This document shows positions 1-7,594 of a DNA stretch of 41,701 nt, piece by piece. The translations under genes were made by a program, and so were the position numbers. Source of the stretch: a virus (taxonomy: Duplodnaviria; Caudoviricetes); IMG/VR virus record IMGVR_UViG_3300024232_000007, positions 1 to 41,701 of that record. One strand, given 5' to 3'. Each line of letters starts with the position of its first letter. Within the stretch, counting starts at the first letter, position 1. Below the pieces are notes generated by a model that was not told the DNA's origin, searched no databases, and saw only the letters and a list, made by a program, of their open reading frames with translations.

Positions 1-127
1 CATTTCATCCTCGCTCGGAAACATCGCCTGGAGTTCTTCCAGGCTGTAATCCGGCGAATCACAGTCGCAGTCCTCGTTATCAGATCCATCGATGGCCACC
101 ATCGCTCCGCAGCCACCACGGCACCGC
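1..127. repeat. Terminal direct repeat, copy 1 (circular assembly overlap)
   Basis: Bases 1-127 are identical to 41575-41701. Confidence 0.97.
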
Positions 128-216
128 TCAAGCATCGGCTCGCCGTTCATCAGGCATCCGCCGCCGTAGCACAGATCGTCGATACAGCCATTACCAGTCG
201 CTGGGCAAATCGCCAT
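1..216 (-). CDS. Small Cys-rich acidic protein (75 aa) spanning the circular junction; ends at 41563
   Basis: ATG at 216 preceded by AAGGAG. Reads MAICPATGNGCIDDLCYGGGC...CRGGC...DCDC...EDEMESR*. The TGA at 41563-41565 overlaps the next ATG (ATGA). Not in the ORF track. Confidence 0.75.
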   Translation of the reverse strand, partial: MAICPATGNGCIDDLCYGGGCLMNGEPMLERCRGGCGAMVAIDGSDNEDCDCDSPDYSLEELQAMFPSEDEM

Positions 217-275
217 CACGCTCTCCTTGACCCTCCGCCGCGCCGTCTGACCACGGACGCGGGGAGGGAGTTTTG

Positions 276-1307
276 TCAGGATGTCGCCAGTTCGGCCGGC
301 GCGTCCACAGCGTCGGGCACCTGATCGGCCATGTAGTCGCCCGCGATCTGCTTGACCCAATCCGGCCGCTCATTCCACAGCCGGTTGAATTCCGAGGCGA
401 CAGCGGCGGTTGACCGCTTACCGTTGCCCATCAGCAGGTCGGTCTCGACTACCAATTCATTCTCGACCGCAGCCTTAATGGCGTGGTTGACGACCTGGTT
501 GGCGTGCACGCTGATCGTCGCGCCGCGAGCCGCCAGAACCTCGTTGACGGCCTTTAACTGGTCTTCGATCCATTGCCGAGCGGGGCTCTTGCCGGCCCTC
601 TCGGTCGGCCACGCGCTCGACGGGCGATCGACAACGGAAGCCTTGGCGAGCTCTTCAACCGTCTCGGCGACTGGCGGGTGGCGATCCTGGACGCGTTCTC
701 CGTTCTGGCGAAGCTTGGCGGTCAGGTTAGCGTGCGCGGTCTGCTCAACCGGCGTGACGTCGATCGCGTCGGCCGTCTCTTCCTCTGAGTAAACACCCAT
801 GATCACGCTCGGAAGCACGGCGCGGACGCCAGCGGTTACGGCTCGAGCTCGAAGCATCGCGGCCGGGAACTTCTTCCAATTGGCGGAAATCTCTCTCTTG
901 CTGTCTTTCCAGCACGTCGCGACCCCGGAATCGTAAAATTCCTTGAATGTCAACCGGATCGAGAACGGCTCTTTACCATACGTCGGGTGACTGAACTCCG
1001 CGATGCATTCCTCCGCGTCGCTCTTGAGCCATTTCACCCGGCCTCCAGCCGCTTGGAATTCGGCCTGCATGGTGTCGGCCCGCATCGACGGCTTGCCTTC
1101 AATGATGTGATACCTCGTTAGGGCCTTGATCGGGTGTAGCCCCTCCGACTCGGCCAGCATCATCAGAGTCAGCACTTGTGGCGCGGACATCTTGAAAAGG
1201 CCCGACTTGGAGACCTGTTCAGACATCTCTCGCAGCACGTCCCACTTCTCGCGGGCGATGTCGAGCTGGCCGCCTTGCTGTTCGTACTTTTGAATCCCGT
1301 TACTCAC
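276..1307 (-). CDS. RecT/Red-beta-like single-strand annealing protein
   Basis: HIIEGKPSMRAD and NWKKFPAAMLRARA..GVYSEEE motifs; adjacent to the YqaJ exonuclease. Start reassigned to GTG at 1307, overlapping the upstream stop. Confidence 0.8.
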   Translation of the reverse strand: MSNGIQKYEQQGGQLDIAREKWDVLREMSEQVSKSGLFKMSAPQVLTLMMLAESEGLHPIKALTRYHIIEGKPSMRADTMQAEFQAAGGRVKWLKSDAEECIAEFSHPTYGKEPFSIRLTFKEFYDSGVATCWKDSKREISANWKKFPAAMLRARAVTAGVRAVLPSVIMGVYSEEETADAIDVTPVEQTAHANLTAKLRQNGERVQDRHPPVAETVEELAKASVVDRPSSAWPTERAGKSPARQWIEDQLKAVNEVLAARGATISVHANQVVNHAIKAAVENELVVETDLLMGNGKRSTAAVASEFNRLWNERPDWVKQIAGDYMADQVPDAVDAPAELATS

Positions 1308-2199
1308 CTTCTGCCTCCCCGTTTGAAACCGTGAACCGAACGTAAGTTGACGCCTTGGCGAACTGGGTCCGCTCCTTGACTTGGACGATTTTTCGCTTGA
1401 GCGTGTACGGGCCGCATGTGGCCGTTGAAGCGTTGCCCATCGCGAGCAAGAGTTTGGCTTTCGCCTCATCCTTCGCTCGCTCCAGGGTCTTGATATGGCC
1501 GCCGCAGTTCTCGAAGTAGCCAATGGATTCCCGAAGATCATCGCCCAACTCAACCGCTGGCCCGTCATCTCGGTTGAAATGCCGAGTGATCGCCCGAATA
1601 TCCTCAGCCCCAAACTCAGCCGGTGGCGTGCCGTCCTGCACCTGCTTCCAGAATGCTTCCTCCAGCCGAATCATCTCGGTGATCACGTCGTCGTTGCGTT
1701 CGACCGTGTAGAGCCGGAATGACGGGTCCGCGCACCAGACCGCGAAGATGACGTGATCAAGATTCGTGACGGCCATTTGGTGTTGCGCTTGGATTATCCA
1801 CGGCTCGGGCAGGTTGGCCGAATCCCCTTCCTCTGGTAGCCTCCGCGTCGTCCAAGCGCCCGCCAGTTTACACTCCACGATGTTGTCGCCCGAGTCGTAA
1901 GCGTCGATCGTGGCGAGCATCCACGGGATATCCTGGCCGTGCTCGTGGACCTGGGTGGCTACGATGCTCGTCCCTGTGCGATCCTCGTACATCTGGAGAA
2001 TCGCGGGCTCCGCAGCCAGGCCCATCCTCATCGCTTCGCTGGGCTCATCTGGCTCGAGGTCGCCCCGCTTGTCGAGCCATAGCCGCAGGCGGCTTGGCGT
2101 GGTTCGCACGCCGACGACCGTGGGCGCGTCGGATGCACCGATGCCCTTGCGTCTGGCTGCTAGCCATTCGTCTCTTGCTACACTCAACCCCATCGACAT
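1300..2199 (-). CDS. YqaJ-family (lambda Exo-like) recombination exonuclease
   Basis: WLAARRKGIGASD, MLATID, IVECK and QAQHQMAV motifs. Confidence 0.92.
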   Translation of the reverse strand: MSMGLSVARDEWLAARRKGIGASDAPTVVGVRTTPSRLRLWLDKRGDLEPDEPSEAMRMGLAAEPAILQMYEDRTGTSIVATQVHEHGQDIPWMLATIDAYDSGDNIVECKLAGAWTTRRLPEEGDSANLPEPWIIQAQHQMAVTNLDHVIFAVWCADPSFRLYTVERNDDVITEMIRLEEAFWKQVQDGTPPAEFGAEDIRAITRHFNRDDGPAVELGDDLRESIGYFENCGGHIKTLERAKDEAKAKLLLAMGNASTATCGPYTLKRKIVQVKERTQFAKASTYVRFTVSNGEAEGE

Positions 2200-2275
2200 T
2201 TCACACTCCCCTTTGTAGAATCACCTTGTCACCCCTCGCAGCCCAACCCGGCATTACGACTGCCGGGCGGCTGCT

Positions 2276-2509
2276 TCAATTCCTGTCTTTGGCCAGCTCT
2301 GCACATTCATCGAGGCCCTTTTGAAGCCCTTCCCAAGCCAAATCGACAATGCGCTGTAGCGCCGACTGGCTAAATGGAATTCCCACCGCCTGCATGGCAC
2401 CAATAGCCAGAACATTGCAGATCGCGGATAGCTCATCGTCGGCATCGTGGCTGCCTGACGAGTCGGATATCAGCCTCATGATCTGATAGGCCCGATCAGT
2501 CCGATTCAT
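2276..2509 (-). CDS. Hypothetical protein
   Basis: MNRTDRAYQI...; ATGA coupling to the upstream stop. Confidence 0.65.
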   Translation of the reverse strand: MNRTDRAYQIMRLISDSSGSHDADDELSAICNVLAIGAMQAVGIPFSQSALQRIVDLAWEGLQKGLDECAELAKDRN

Positions 2510-2757
2510 TTCCCCGCCTCCGTCAATTCCGCCGCCTCTTGATCGCTCAGCGTTGCGGCGAATTCGGCGACGCGGGCCTCCTGTGCCGCAGCCTTGGTGC
2601 AGGCTGGGCAGCGCCAACGACGCATGCCGCCGGAATTGGTTCTACGAGACCACCCGGAAAGGCGTGCTTGTTCCGCGCCGAGATGCGCATTCGGGCATTT
2701 GAACGGTTTCGTGTCGCAGTCATCGCACCAGATCACGAGGCCGTAAAACTCGCTCAC
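2506..2757 (-). CDS. Small Zn-finger-like protein
   Basis: CDDC...CPAC motif; GTGA/ATGA overlaps at both ends. Confidence 0.7.
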   Translation of the reverse strand: MSEFYGLVIWCDDCDTKPFKCPNAHLGAEQARLSGWSRRTNSGGMRRWRCPACTKAAAQEARVAEFAATLSDQEAAELTEAGK

Positions 2758-2978
2758 GTCGCCACCTTCTTTCTCGCTGACGGGTCGAAATACTCGGTGC
2801 CGTAGAACTCACACGACCATTTCAACTGCCTTCGCAAAATCGCGATGTTGCGGTGGGATACCTGGATGGCATCCATTTCGTTGCAGATCATCTTCGCCAC
2901 GCTGGTCGGCGATGGGATCACTGGGTTTGGCTGCGGCTTCTCGGGCTCTGTCGTCGGGTCTTCCGGTGCGTTCGGCAA
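2754..2978 (-). CDS. Hypothetical protein
   Basis: TTG at 2978 with GGAGGAG 7 nt upstream; the stop overlaps the next start. Confidence 0.5.
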   Translation of the reverse strand: MPNAPEDPTTEPEKPQPNPVIPSPTSVAKMICNEMDAIQVSHRNIAILRRQLKWSCEFYGTEYFDPSARKKVAT

Positions 2979-3177
2979 GTTCGCGCTCCTCCAAAATGTC
3001 TTGAACGGTCGATCTGTGAATCTGGTCAAACGTGTCGCTGCCACTGAGTTGTGGGAGCAACTCCTGTAGCTCGTCTGTCGGCCAACGCTCATGTGAAGCG
3101 CGGCAGTACAGGGCGAACCGCTCGCAGCCGGCAACGAAGTCCTCATGGGCGCGATCGACGGTTACGTCGTGGGGCAT
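2809..3177 (-). CDS. Hypothetical protein
   Basis: ATG with a GGAGG-like RBS; fits the gene packing. Confidence 0.55.
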   Translation of the reverse strand: MPHDVTVDRAHEDFVAGCERFALYCRASHERWPTDELQELLPQLSGSDTFDQIHRSTVQDILEERELAERTGRPDDRAREAAAKPSDPIADQRGEDDLQRNGCHPGIPPQHRDFAKAVEMVV

Positions 3178-3389
3178 TGCTCGGCCTCCTTGTGGAAGCG
3201 GTAGCGTGTGAACCCCGTCGTAATGACCGCCTTTCCCGGGTTTTCGACCATCGTTCTCAGTGCGAGATCAACGTCGTGGTAATAACCGGACAGCCGACGG
3301 CGCAACTTCTGGGGGTCGACGTCCTCCCATGTGTTGCCGTCTTCTGTCCGCTGGAATCGGCCAAGCTTTCCAATCATCGCTGCGCTCAT
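3162..3389 (-). CDS. Hypothetical protein
   Basis: Strong GGGGAGGGG RBS; operon position. Confidence 0.7.
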   Translation of the reverse strand: MSAAMIGKLGRFQRTEDGNTWEDVDPQKLRRRLSGYYHDVDLALRTMVENPGKAVITTGFTRYRFHKEAEQCPTT

Positions 3390-3418
3390 CCCCTCCCCCT
3401 TTCATCGCGGGCTTGCGG

Positions 3419-3998
3419 TTAGGCGGTAACGGCCTGGCACACGATCATCGCCTCAAGGCACTCGAGAGCCGCCGAGCGCAGCGAGGCGCGGAATGGCGGC
3501 ATCGGCAGCGGCATCGGCAGCGGCAGCGGCATAGGCATAGGCACGGATTTTGCGCGCCGCATCTCTCGCGACTTCCGCGCTCTCGCGAGCGACCACAGGA
3601 GGGACAGCCTCAAGCTCTGCCGCCCACTCTTCGCGCTTGAGCGTTCGCAGCCACATCGGGGCAAACTTCCGCACCGCGTAGTCAGCCGCGATAAAGCCGC
3701 GCTGAGCCGACAGTTCGCGATCGCCCTTCGTTCCAATCGTTCGCGGCAAAAACGGCTTGAGCTCGTCTCGGTGATCGCGGAATAACCACGAGTCATTGAG
3801 TCGGATGATGTACCGCCGAATCACGGGGCAGACACATTCAGGCGAGTCGTTGAAATGCGTGTAGCCAGCAAGCCAGGAAACGGCTTGCATCGCGCACACA
3901 TCGACGTATCCATTGACGCCTTTGCCAGTCCCTTCGCGGAGATGAAACTCTGGTTGAAAGAATCGTTCGAGGCGTTCAGGCAATACTTGCACGGACAT
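3419..3998 (-). CDS. Phage protein with Ala-rich repeat, apparently frameshifted near 3494
   Basis: CAMQAVSWLAG..DSPECVCPVI N-terminus. After the Ala/Asp repeat the plausible C-terminus (FRASLRSAALECLEAMI) lies in another frame. Confidence 0.65.
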
Positions 3999-4052
3999 GG
4001 CGACACCTTTCGGTCTGTTCGGGGTTAATCTTGATAGAGATTGAGCGAATGC

Positions 4053-4262
4053 CTATGCGGTTTGGCGTTCGCTCTCAATGCCGTACTCAGCCGGGTCGAT
4101 TCCCATGCCGATAGATAGAGCCTCAGTAACCAGGCGCGCAACCGACCAGCCACGCCGGTTGGCCTTGTCGCGGATTTTCTCGGCAAGATCGGTGGGAATG
4201 TTCTGGTTGAACTGCTCCTTTTCGATCTCTGGAAAGCGTTTCTTCATGTCTCGATTCCTCAT
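4053..4262 (-). CDS. Arc/CopG-like ribbon-helix-helix regulator (Cro position)
   Basis: QFNQNIPTDLAEKIRDKANRRGWSVARLVTEAL matches the RHH pattern; first gene of the early operon. Confidence 0.75.
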   Translation of the reverse strand: MRNRDMKKRFPEIEKEQFNQNIPTDLAEKIRDKANRRGWSVARLVTEALSIGMGIDPAEYGIESERQTA

Positions 4263-4272
4263 GGGTTAGTAT

Positions 4273-4374
4273 TCACTACTAGAAAAACTATAGCATCGAC
4301 TGTGTAGTGAGTCAATGACTCAATGGTAAATTCCGTCAATTACTCAGTGTGTAGTTATAAACTGAGTATTGACA
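4273..4374. promoter_or_regulatory. Operator-like inverted repeats in the switch region
   Basis: TCACTAC(4273)..GTAGTGA(4310); GTCAATTACTCAGT..ACTGAGTATTGAC (4335-4373); TGTGTAGT occurs twice; rightward TTGACA at 4369. Confidence 0.6.
4287..4315 (-). promoter_or_regulatory. Sigma70-type early promoter
   Basis: TTGACT-17 nt-TATAGT with an extended TG, in the AT-rich divergent intergenic region. Confidence 0.75.
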
Positions 4375-4443
4375 CAGACTTAGGGAATTCACAATACTTG
4401 TCCCGTGGCGCACGTTGGCCCTTAGTCGCGGTGGAACAACAGT

Positions 4444-4824
4444 ATGGAACCGAGAGAATTCTCAACCGAAGACCGAATTCAATTCGTTTCGTTGAGCGAT
4501 ATGAAGCGCGCAGTCCAAGACGCAGCCGATGAATTGAAAGAGGTTCTCGGCTATAGCGTTGGAACCGCCCGGCTTATGAACGCACTTTGGGCGCGGTACT
4601 TGTTGATGTCACCGCAAGACCGCCTCGTCGCGATCGCGCCCGCGTTGGAAGCACTGGATAAAGTGAGAAAGACTCGCCCTAGGTACAAATTTAAGTTTGT
4701 ACATAAGGGCGATGCGGAGATTGATAAATTGAGGTCAATTGCGGGAGGGATCGACGGCCTTCGCGTCGGCGACAACGCCCCCGTAGATTCGAGTCGCACA
4801 CGCGACAACAATGCCATCGTCTGA
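4444..4824 (+). CDS. Putative immunity repressor (divergent, possibly RHH-like)
   Basis: The only gene divergent from the early promoter. RIQFVSLSDMKRAVQDAA...ARLMNALWARYL; no S24 peptidase motif. Confidence 0.55.
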   Translation: MEPREFSTEDRIQFVSLSDMKRAVQDAADELKEVLGYSVGTARLMNALWARYLLMSPQDRLVAIAPALEALDKVRKTRPRYKFKFVHKGDAEIDKLRSIAGGIDGLRVGDNAPVDSSRTRDNNAIV

Positions 4825-4953
4825 TGTCGAACTCTGCCAGAGCTCAGAACCTGATTCCGGGCGTTCAGCCCATTCCTCTTTATTCATCGTCAGAACGAAC
4901 GTGTGAACTCTTGATCCGTCAGGGAAAACGTGCTTGAACGTGACTTGCCTCAT
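4735..4953 (-). CDS. Hypothetical protein
   Basis: ATG with a GGAG RBS; converges on and overlaps the putative repressor by 90 nt. Confidence 0.55.
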   Translation of the reverse strand: MRQVTFKHVFPDGSRVHTFVLTMNKEEWAERPESGSELWQSSTSDDGIVVACATRIYGGVVADAKAVDPSRN

Positions 4954-5051
4954 GGTTTGCCGCTCCGTCCTGGCAGGATAAAAATGAATTCGGTTATGCT
5001 ATGCAAGGCGTTTTCAAAAGACAATACAGTAGTTCCAAAATCTTTGATGCG

Positions 5052-5612
5052 TCAATGGGGTGTCACGCCCTGGGATTTGCGGCCAGTGCCACATGCCGCC
5101 CTTCGATCCAAGAACGCGCGAGGGTTTAATAGCTTTTCGGTCGCAATCTTGCGCGAGTGATAAACTGACTGGGGCGATAGCTTGAGCTTCTTTTGGATCT
5201 CTGGCCAGTCGTAACCGATGCAAAACATCTCAAGGAGTTTCCGTTGGTGGGTGCTCAGCAAATAAAACCTGCACCGAAACAGTTCAGCCAGCTCGCGGGT
5301 CTCGATGCGCGTAATGTGGCAATCGCGATCAAGTGCGGCCGCAAGATCCTCTGCCCGCTCTGTTCGGTTGTGTCGGCCCCACACTTCCCAGCGTCGGGAT
5401 TCGTCGATCAGCCGGCGTTGAACGCACAGTTTCGCCCATCCGCTGAATGTGACGAAGTCGGGTGGCTTGCCTGCCGCAGCCTCACAGATAGCCTCATGCG
5501 CGATACTGAGGCGATCTTCAAATGGTATTCCAAACCCGTAGCGGCGAGCCCACGCGCGAGCGTTGCCCAGATGCTCGACCACAAGGGCCTGCTGAGCCTC
5601 TGTGAGTCTCAA
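5052..5612 (-). CDS. Sigma-70 family (ECF/group-3-like) RNA polymerase sigma factor
   Basis: Region 2-like segment (LVVEHL..ARAWARRY..EDRLS.A.EAI..F..WA...VQRRLIDESR) and region 4 HTH (LSTHQRKLL..GYDWPEIQKKLKLSPQSV). TTG start coupled to the upstream stop. Confidence 0.8.
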   Translation of the reverse strand: MRLTEAQQALVVEHLGNARAWARRYGFGIPFEDRLSIAHEAICEAAAGKPPDFVTFSGWAKLCVQRRLIDESRRWEVWGRHNRTERAEDLAAALDRDCHITRIETRELAELFRCRFYLLSTHQRKLLEMFCIGYDWPEIQKKLKLSPQSVYHSRKIATEKLLNPRAFLDRRAACGTGRKSQGVTPH

Positions 5613-5986
5613 TGGGCCGCTGCGCCGAGTTGCCACGTTACACCAGCAGGGCTGATGGCAGTTACTTGGATGAGCGCATACTGGCCAGCACAATGGTATG
5701 TCGGCTCAAGGCCGGAATCGCTTGAGCCCAAAAACAGCTTGCCAAAGTCTGGGGCACTGCCGGTCACAAGCACTTGGGCCTTGAGGGTGCCCAGAACGGC
5801 TGCGGGTTGCGTGTTCGCGCCTGGAATCGAGTCGACGAACACAATCGTGAATACCAACCTAGCGCCCGCCGCGCTGGCTGTACCGCCCACGGAGAGCGTG
5901 CTACATCCCGTCAGCGCCACTGGCGGGACTGCTGAGGCGTCGGGGTCTGGGGCGGTTATGGTGCGGACTGGGAGAAGGAAGGCCAT
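5609..5986 (-). CDS. Hypothetical beta-rich protein
   Basis: ATG with an AAGGA RBS; coupled to the sigma gene. Confidence 0.6.
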   Translation of the reverse strand: MAFLLPVRTITAPDPDASAVPPVALTGCSTLSVGGTASAAGARLVFTIVFVDSIPGANTQPAAVLGTLKAQVLVTGSAPDFGKLFLGSSDSGLEPTYHCAGQYALIQVTAISPAGVTWQLGAAAH

Positions 5987-6076
5987 ATGCTAGAGTCCTT
6001 CGCTGTCGCGGTGCTTGCGGTCGTGGCGTTTGTGGGGTATCCGTGGATTAGAGAAGCGACGAGGCTATCGAAATGA
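5987..6076 (+). CDS. 29-aa single-TM peptide
   Basis: MLESFAVAVLAVVAFVGYPWIREATRLSK*; AAGGAAGG RBS; ATGA coupling to 6073. Confidence 0.55.
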   Translation: MLESFAVAVLAVVAFVGYPWIREATRLSK

Positions 6077-6270
6077 ATTCAGAACCGCCGATTGCGCTCT
6101 TTGTTATGCTTGGGTTGGTCGCTTATCTTTGTGTCTTCTGCGGATTCGGTAGCTACATTTCGAGCACCAAGAACCGCCCGCAAATCGAGGGCGCCATCCT
6201 GGGCGCAGTGTTCGGCCCGTTCGGGCTGATCGTCGCGGCATGTCTGCCTAGCAACTCGCGCACGGACTGA
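6073..6270 (+). CDS. Small two-TM membrane protein
   Basis: Two hydrophobic segments; KNR..EG.ILG.VFGPFGLIVAACLP motif. Confidence 0.75.
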   Translation: MNSEPPIALFVMLGLVAYLCVFCGFGSYISSTKNRPQIEGAILGAVFGPFGLIVAACLPSNSRTD

Positions 6271-6317
6271 CGTTTGGGCCGTCCGGGCTGAAGTAAACCT
6301 TTAGATTGGAGTCGATC

Positions 6318-6602
6318 ATGCAAGCGTTGCTGTTAGCTGCCGCCATTGTTGGCCAGATAGGCGGAATGAACGGCGTGGGCCGCGACGGAATACCGCTTGA
6401 CCCGTTTCCGCGTGACGTCGTCGGGCCGATCACTCGCGCGCAAACGCTAGCCGATGGCTTCCCGCCGCCGCCAATCCAAGTTCCGGCTCTGGTTCCACCG
6501 CCGGCCCAGAGGTTGCCGCCGCCGGCTGTGATCAGGGATAATCGGACGGCGCGGGCGCAATTCGCCAGACGATCGTCTCGCCGCATCAAGAGGGGATTAT
6601 AG
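6318..6602 (+). CDS. Secreted Pro-rich protein
   Basis: MQALLLAAAIVGQ signal-like start with a GGAG RBS; Pro-rich body and basic tail. Confidence 0.6.
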   Translation: MQALLLAAAIVGQIGGMNGVGRDGIPLDPFPRDVVGPITRAQTLADGFPPPPIQVPALVPPPAQRLPPPAVIRDNRTARAQFARRSSRRIKRGL

Positions 6603-6810
6603 GGTTGCATCCACAATCCGCAGCAGGTTTCGGCTCGCTGCCGTGCTCGGCCTCCCGTGGATATAGCGCCCATGCCTTGGCACGCTCGATTGCCGCCGCG
6701 CGGACGCAATCACGTTTAGGGATATTCGGATTCTCCTCTCGTCCGAACGTGTCGTAATACCAATGATCGGGGCAGCCGACGAGGGCTGCCATTGCTTCCG
6801 GAAACGTCAA
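6586..6810 (-). CDS. Hypothetical protein at the end of the tail operon
   Basis: TTGA coupling at 6807-6810. Confidence 0.55.
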   Translation of the reverse strand: MTFPEAMAALVGCPDHWYYDTFGREENPNIPKRDCVRAAAIERAKAWALYPREAEHGSEPKPAADCGCNPIIPS

Positions 6811-7217
6811 TTGATTTGTATCGTTTCGCCGAACGTTCCGATTAATAGCACGTTCAACGGAGAACACGATAGGCTGCCTGGGTCAACATGAAGTGATCCT
6901 CCGCTTGACGTGTCGCGGGCCTGGGATAGCACTAGAGCGCCACAGTGGTTATCGCTATATTCCGAATAAGTGTAAATTGTTCTCCCCGCGGTGCCGCACG
7001 TGATCGTGAATTTTATGCTCACAACTCCATCAGGAGATACGCACCCGGTAGCCCAAGCGCAACCTCCTGTCCATACCAGCGTGGCGGTTCCTGACCCTCC
7101 AAACGCGGTGGAGTAAGTAATCGTCAAATTTGCCTGCGGCAGATTGCACGGCAGACATGTGCACGCTGGCGTCGTGCACCCGCATCCTACGACATCCCAT
7201 ATAGACCAGCATGCCAT
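6807..7217 (-). CDS. Cys-rich tail-tip-associated protein
   Basis: N-terminal GCGC..CTCLPC; last genes of the tail module. Confidence 0.6.
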   Translation of the reverse strand: MACWSIWDVVGCGCTTPACTCLPCNLPQANLTITYSTAFGGSGTATLVWTGGCAWATGCVSPDGVVSIKFTITCGTAGRTIYTYSEYSDNHCGALVLSQARDTSSGGSLHVDPGSLSCSPLNVLLIGTFGETIQIN

Positions 7218-7594
7218 CAGCAGGCCACCGCGATTATCGAGAACGTGCCGTCAGCGTTTTGTTCCACAAGACATACCTTCCCGCTCGCGATCGCGTTAGG
7301 GAGTGGGTTGTATACGCTTGCAGCAGTATTGACGATGGAAAATGCTCCGCCGCTTATTTTTGAGACGGTCTGGTTTGTCAAAGGTCCGCCAGGCGATCCG
7401 CCCGAAGCCGCTATTGCTCCGCTTAGCGTGCACTGCATCGGGCCACTATCTCCTCCACTTCCCGTTCCCCCGCCCGTCGCCGCGTACTGATTCTGCGCGA
7501 CCTGCCCGAGTTGTTGCTTGACCGCCGCAAGCTCTTGATCGAGCGCTTTCAGTTCGGCTTCAAGCCGAGTTATTCTTGCTTCGCTGTTTGTCAT
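7217..7594 (-). CDS. Minor tail protein (coiled coil plus beta domain)
   Basis: Heptad N-terminus and Gly linker; coupled to the hub gene. Confidence 0.6.
   Translation of the reverse strand: MTNSEARITRLEAELKALDQELAAVKQQLGQVAQNQYAATGGGTGSGGDSGPMQCTLSGAIAASGGSPGGPLTNQTVSKISGGAFSIVNTAASVYNPLPNAIASGKVCLVEQNADGTFSIIAVAC

Noticed and set aside
1308-1613. N-terminal extension of the RecT-like ORF
   Set aside because: Overlaps the YqaJ gene; a coupled GTG start at 1307 is more plausible.
5193-5993. 266-aa plus-strand ORF
   Set aside because: Antisense to the sigma factor and its upstream gene; no recognisable features.
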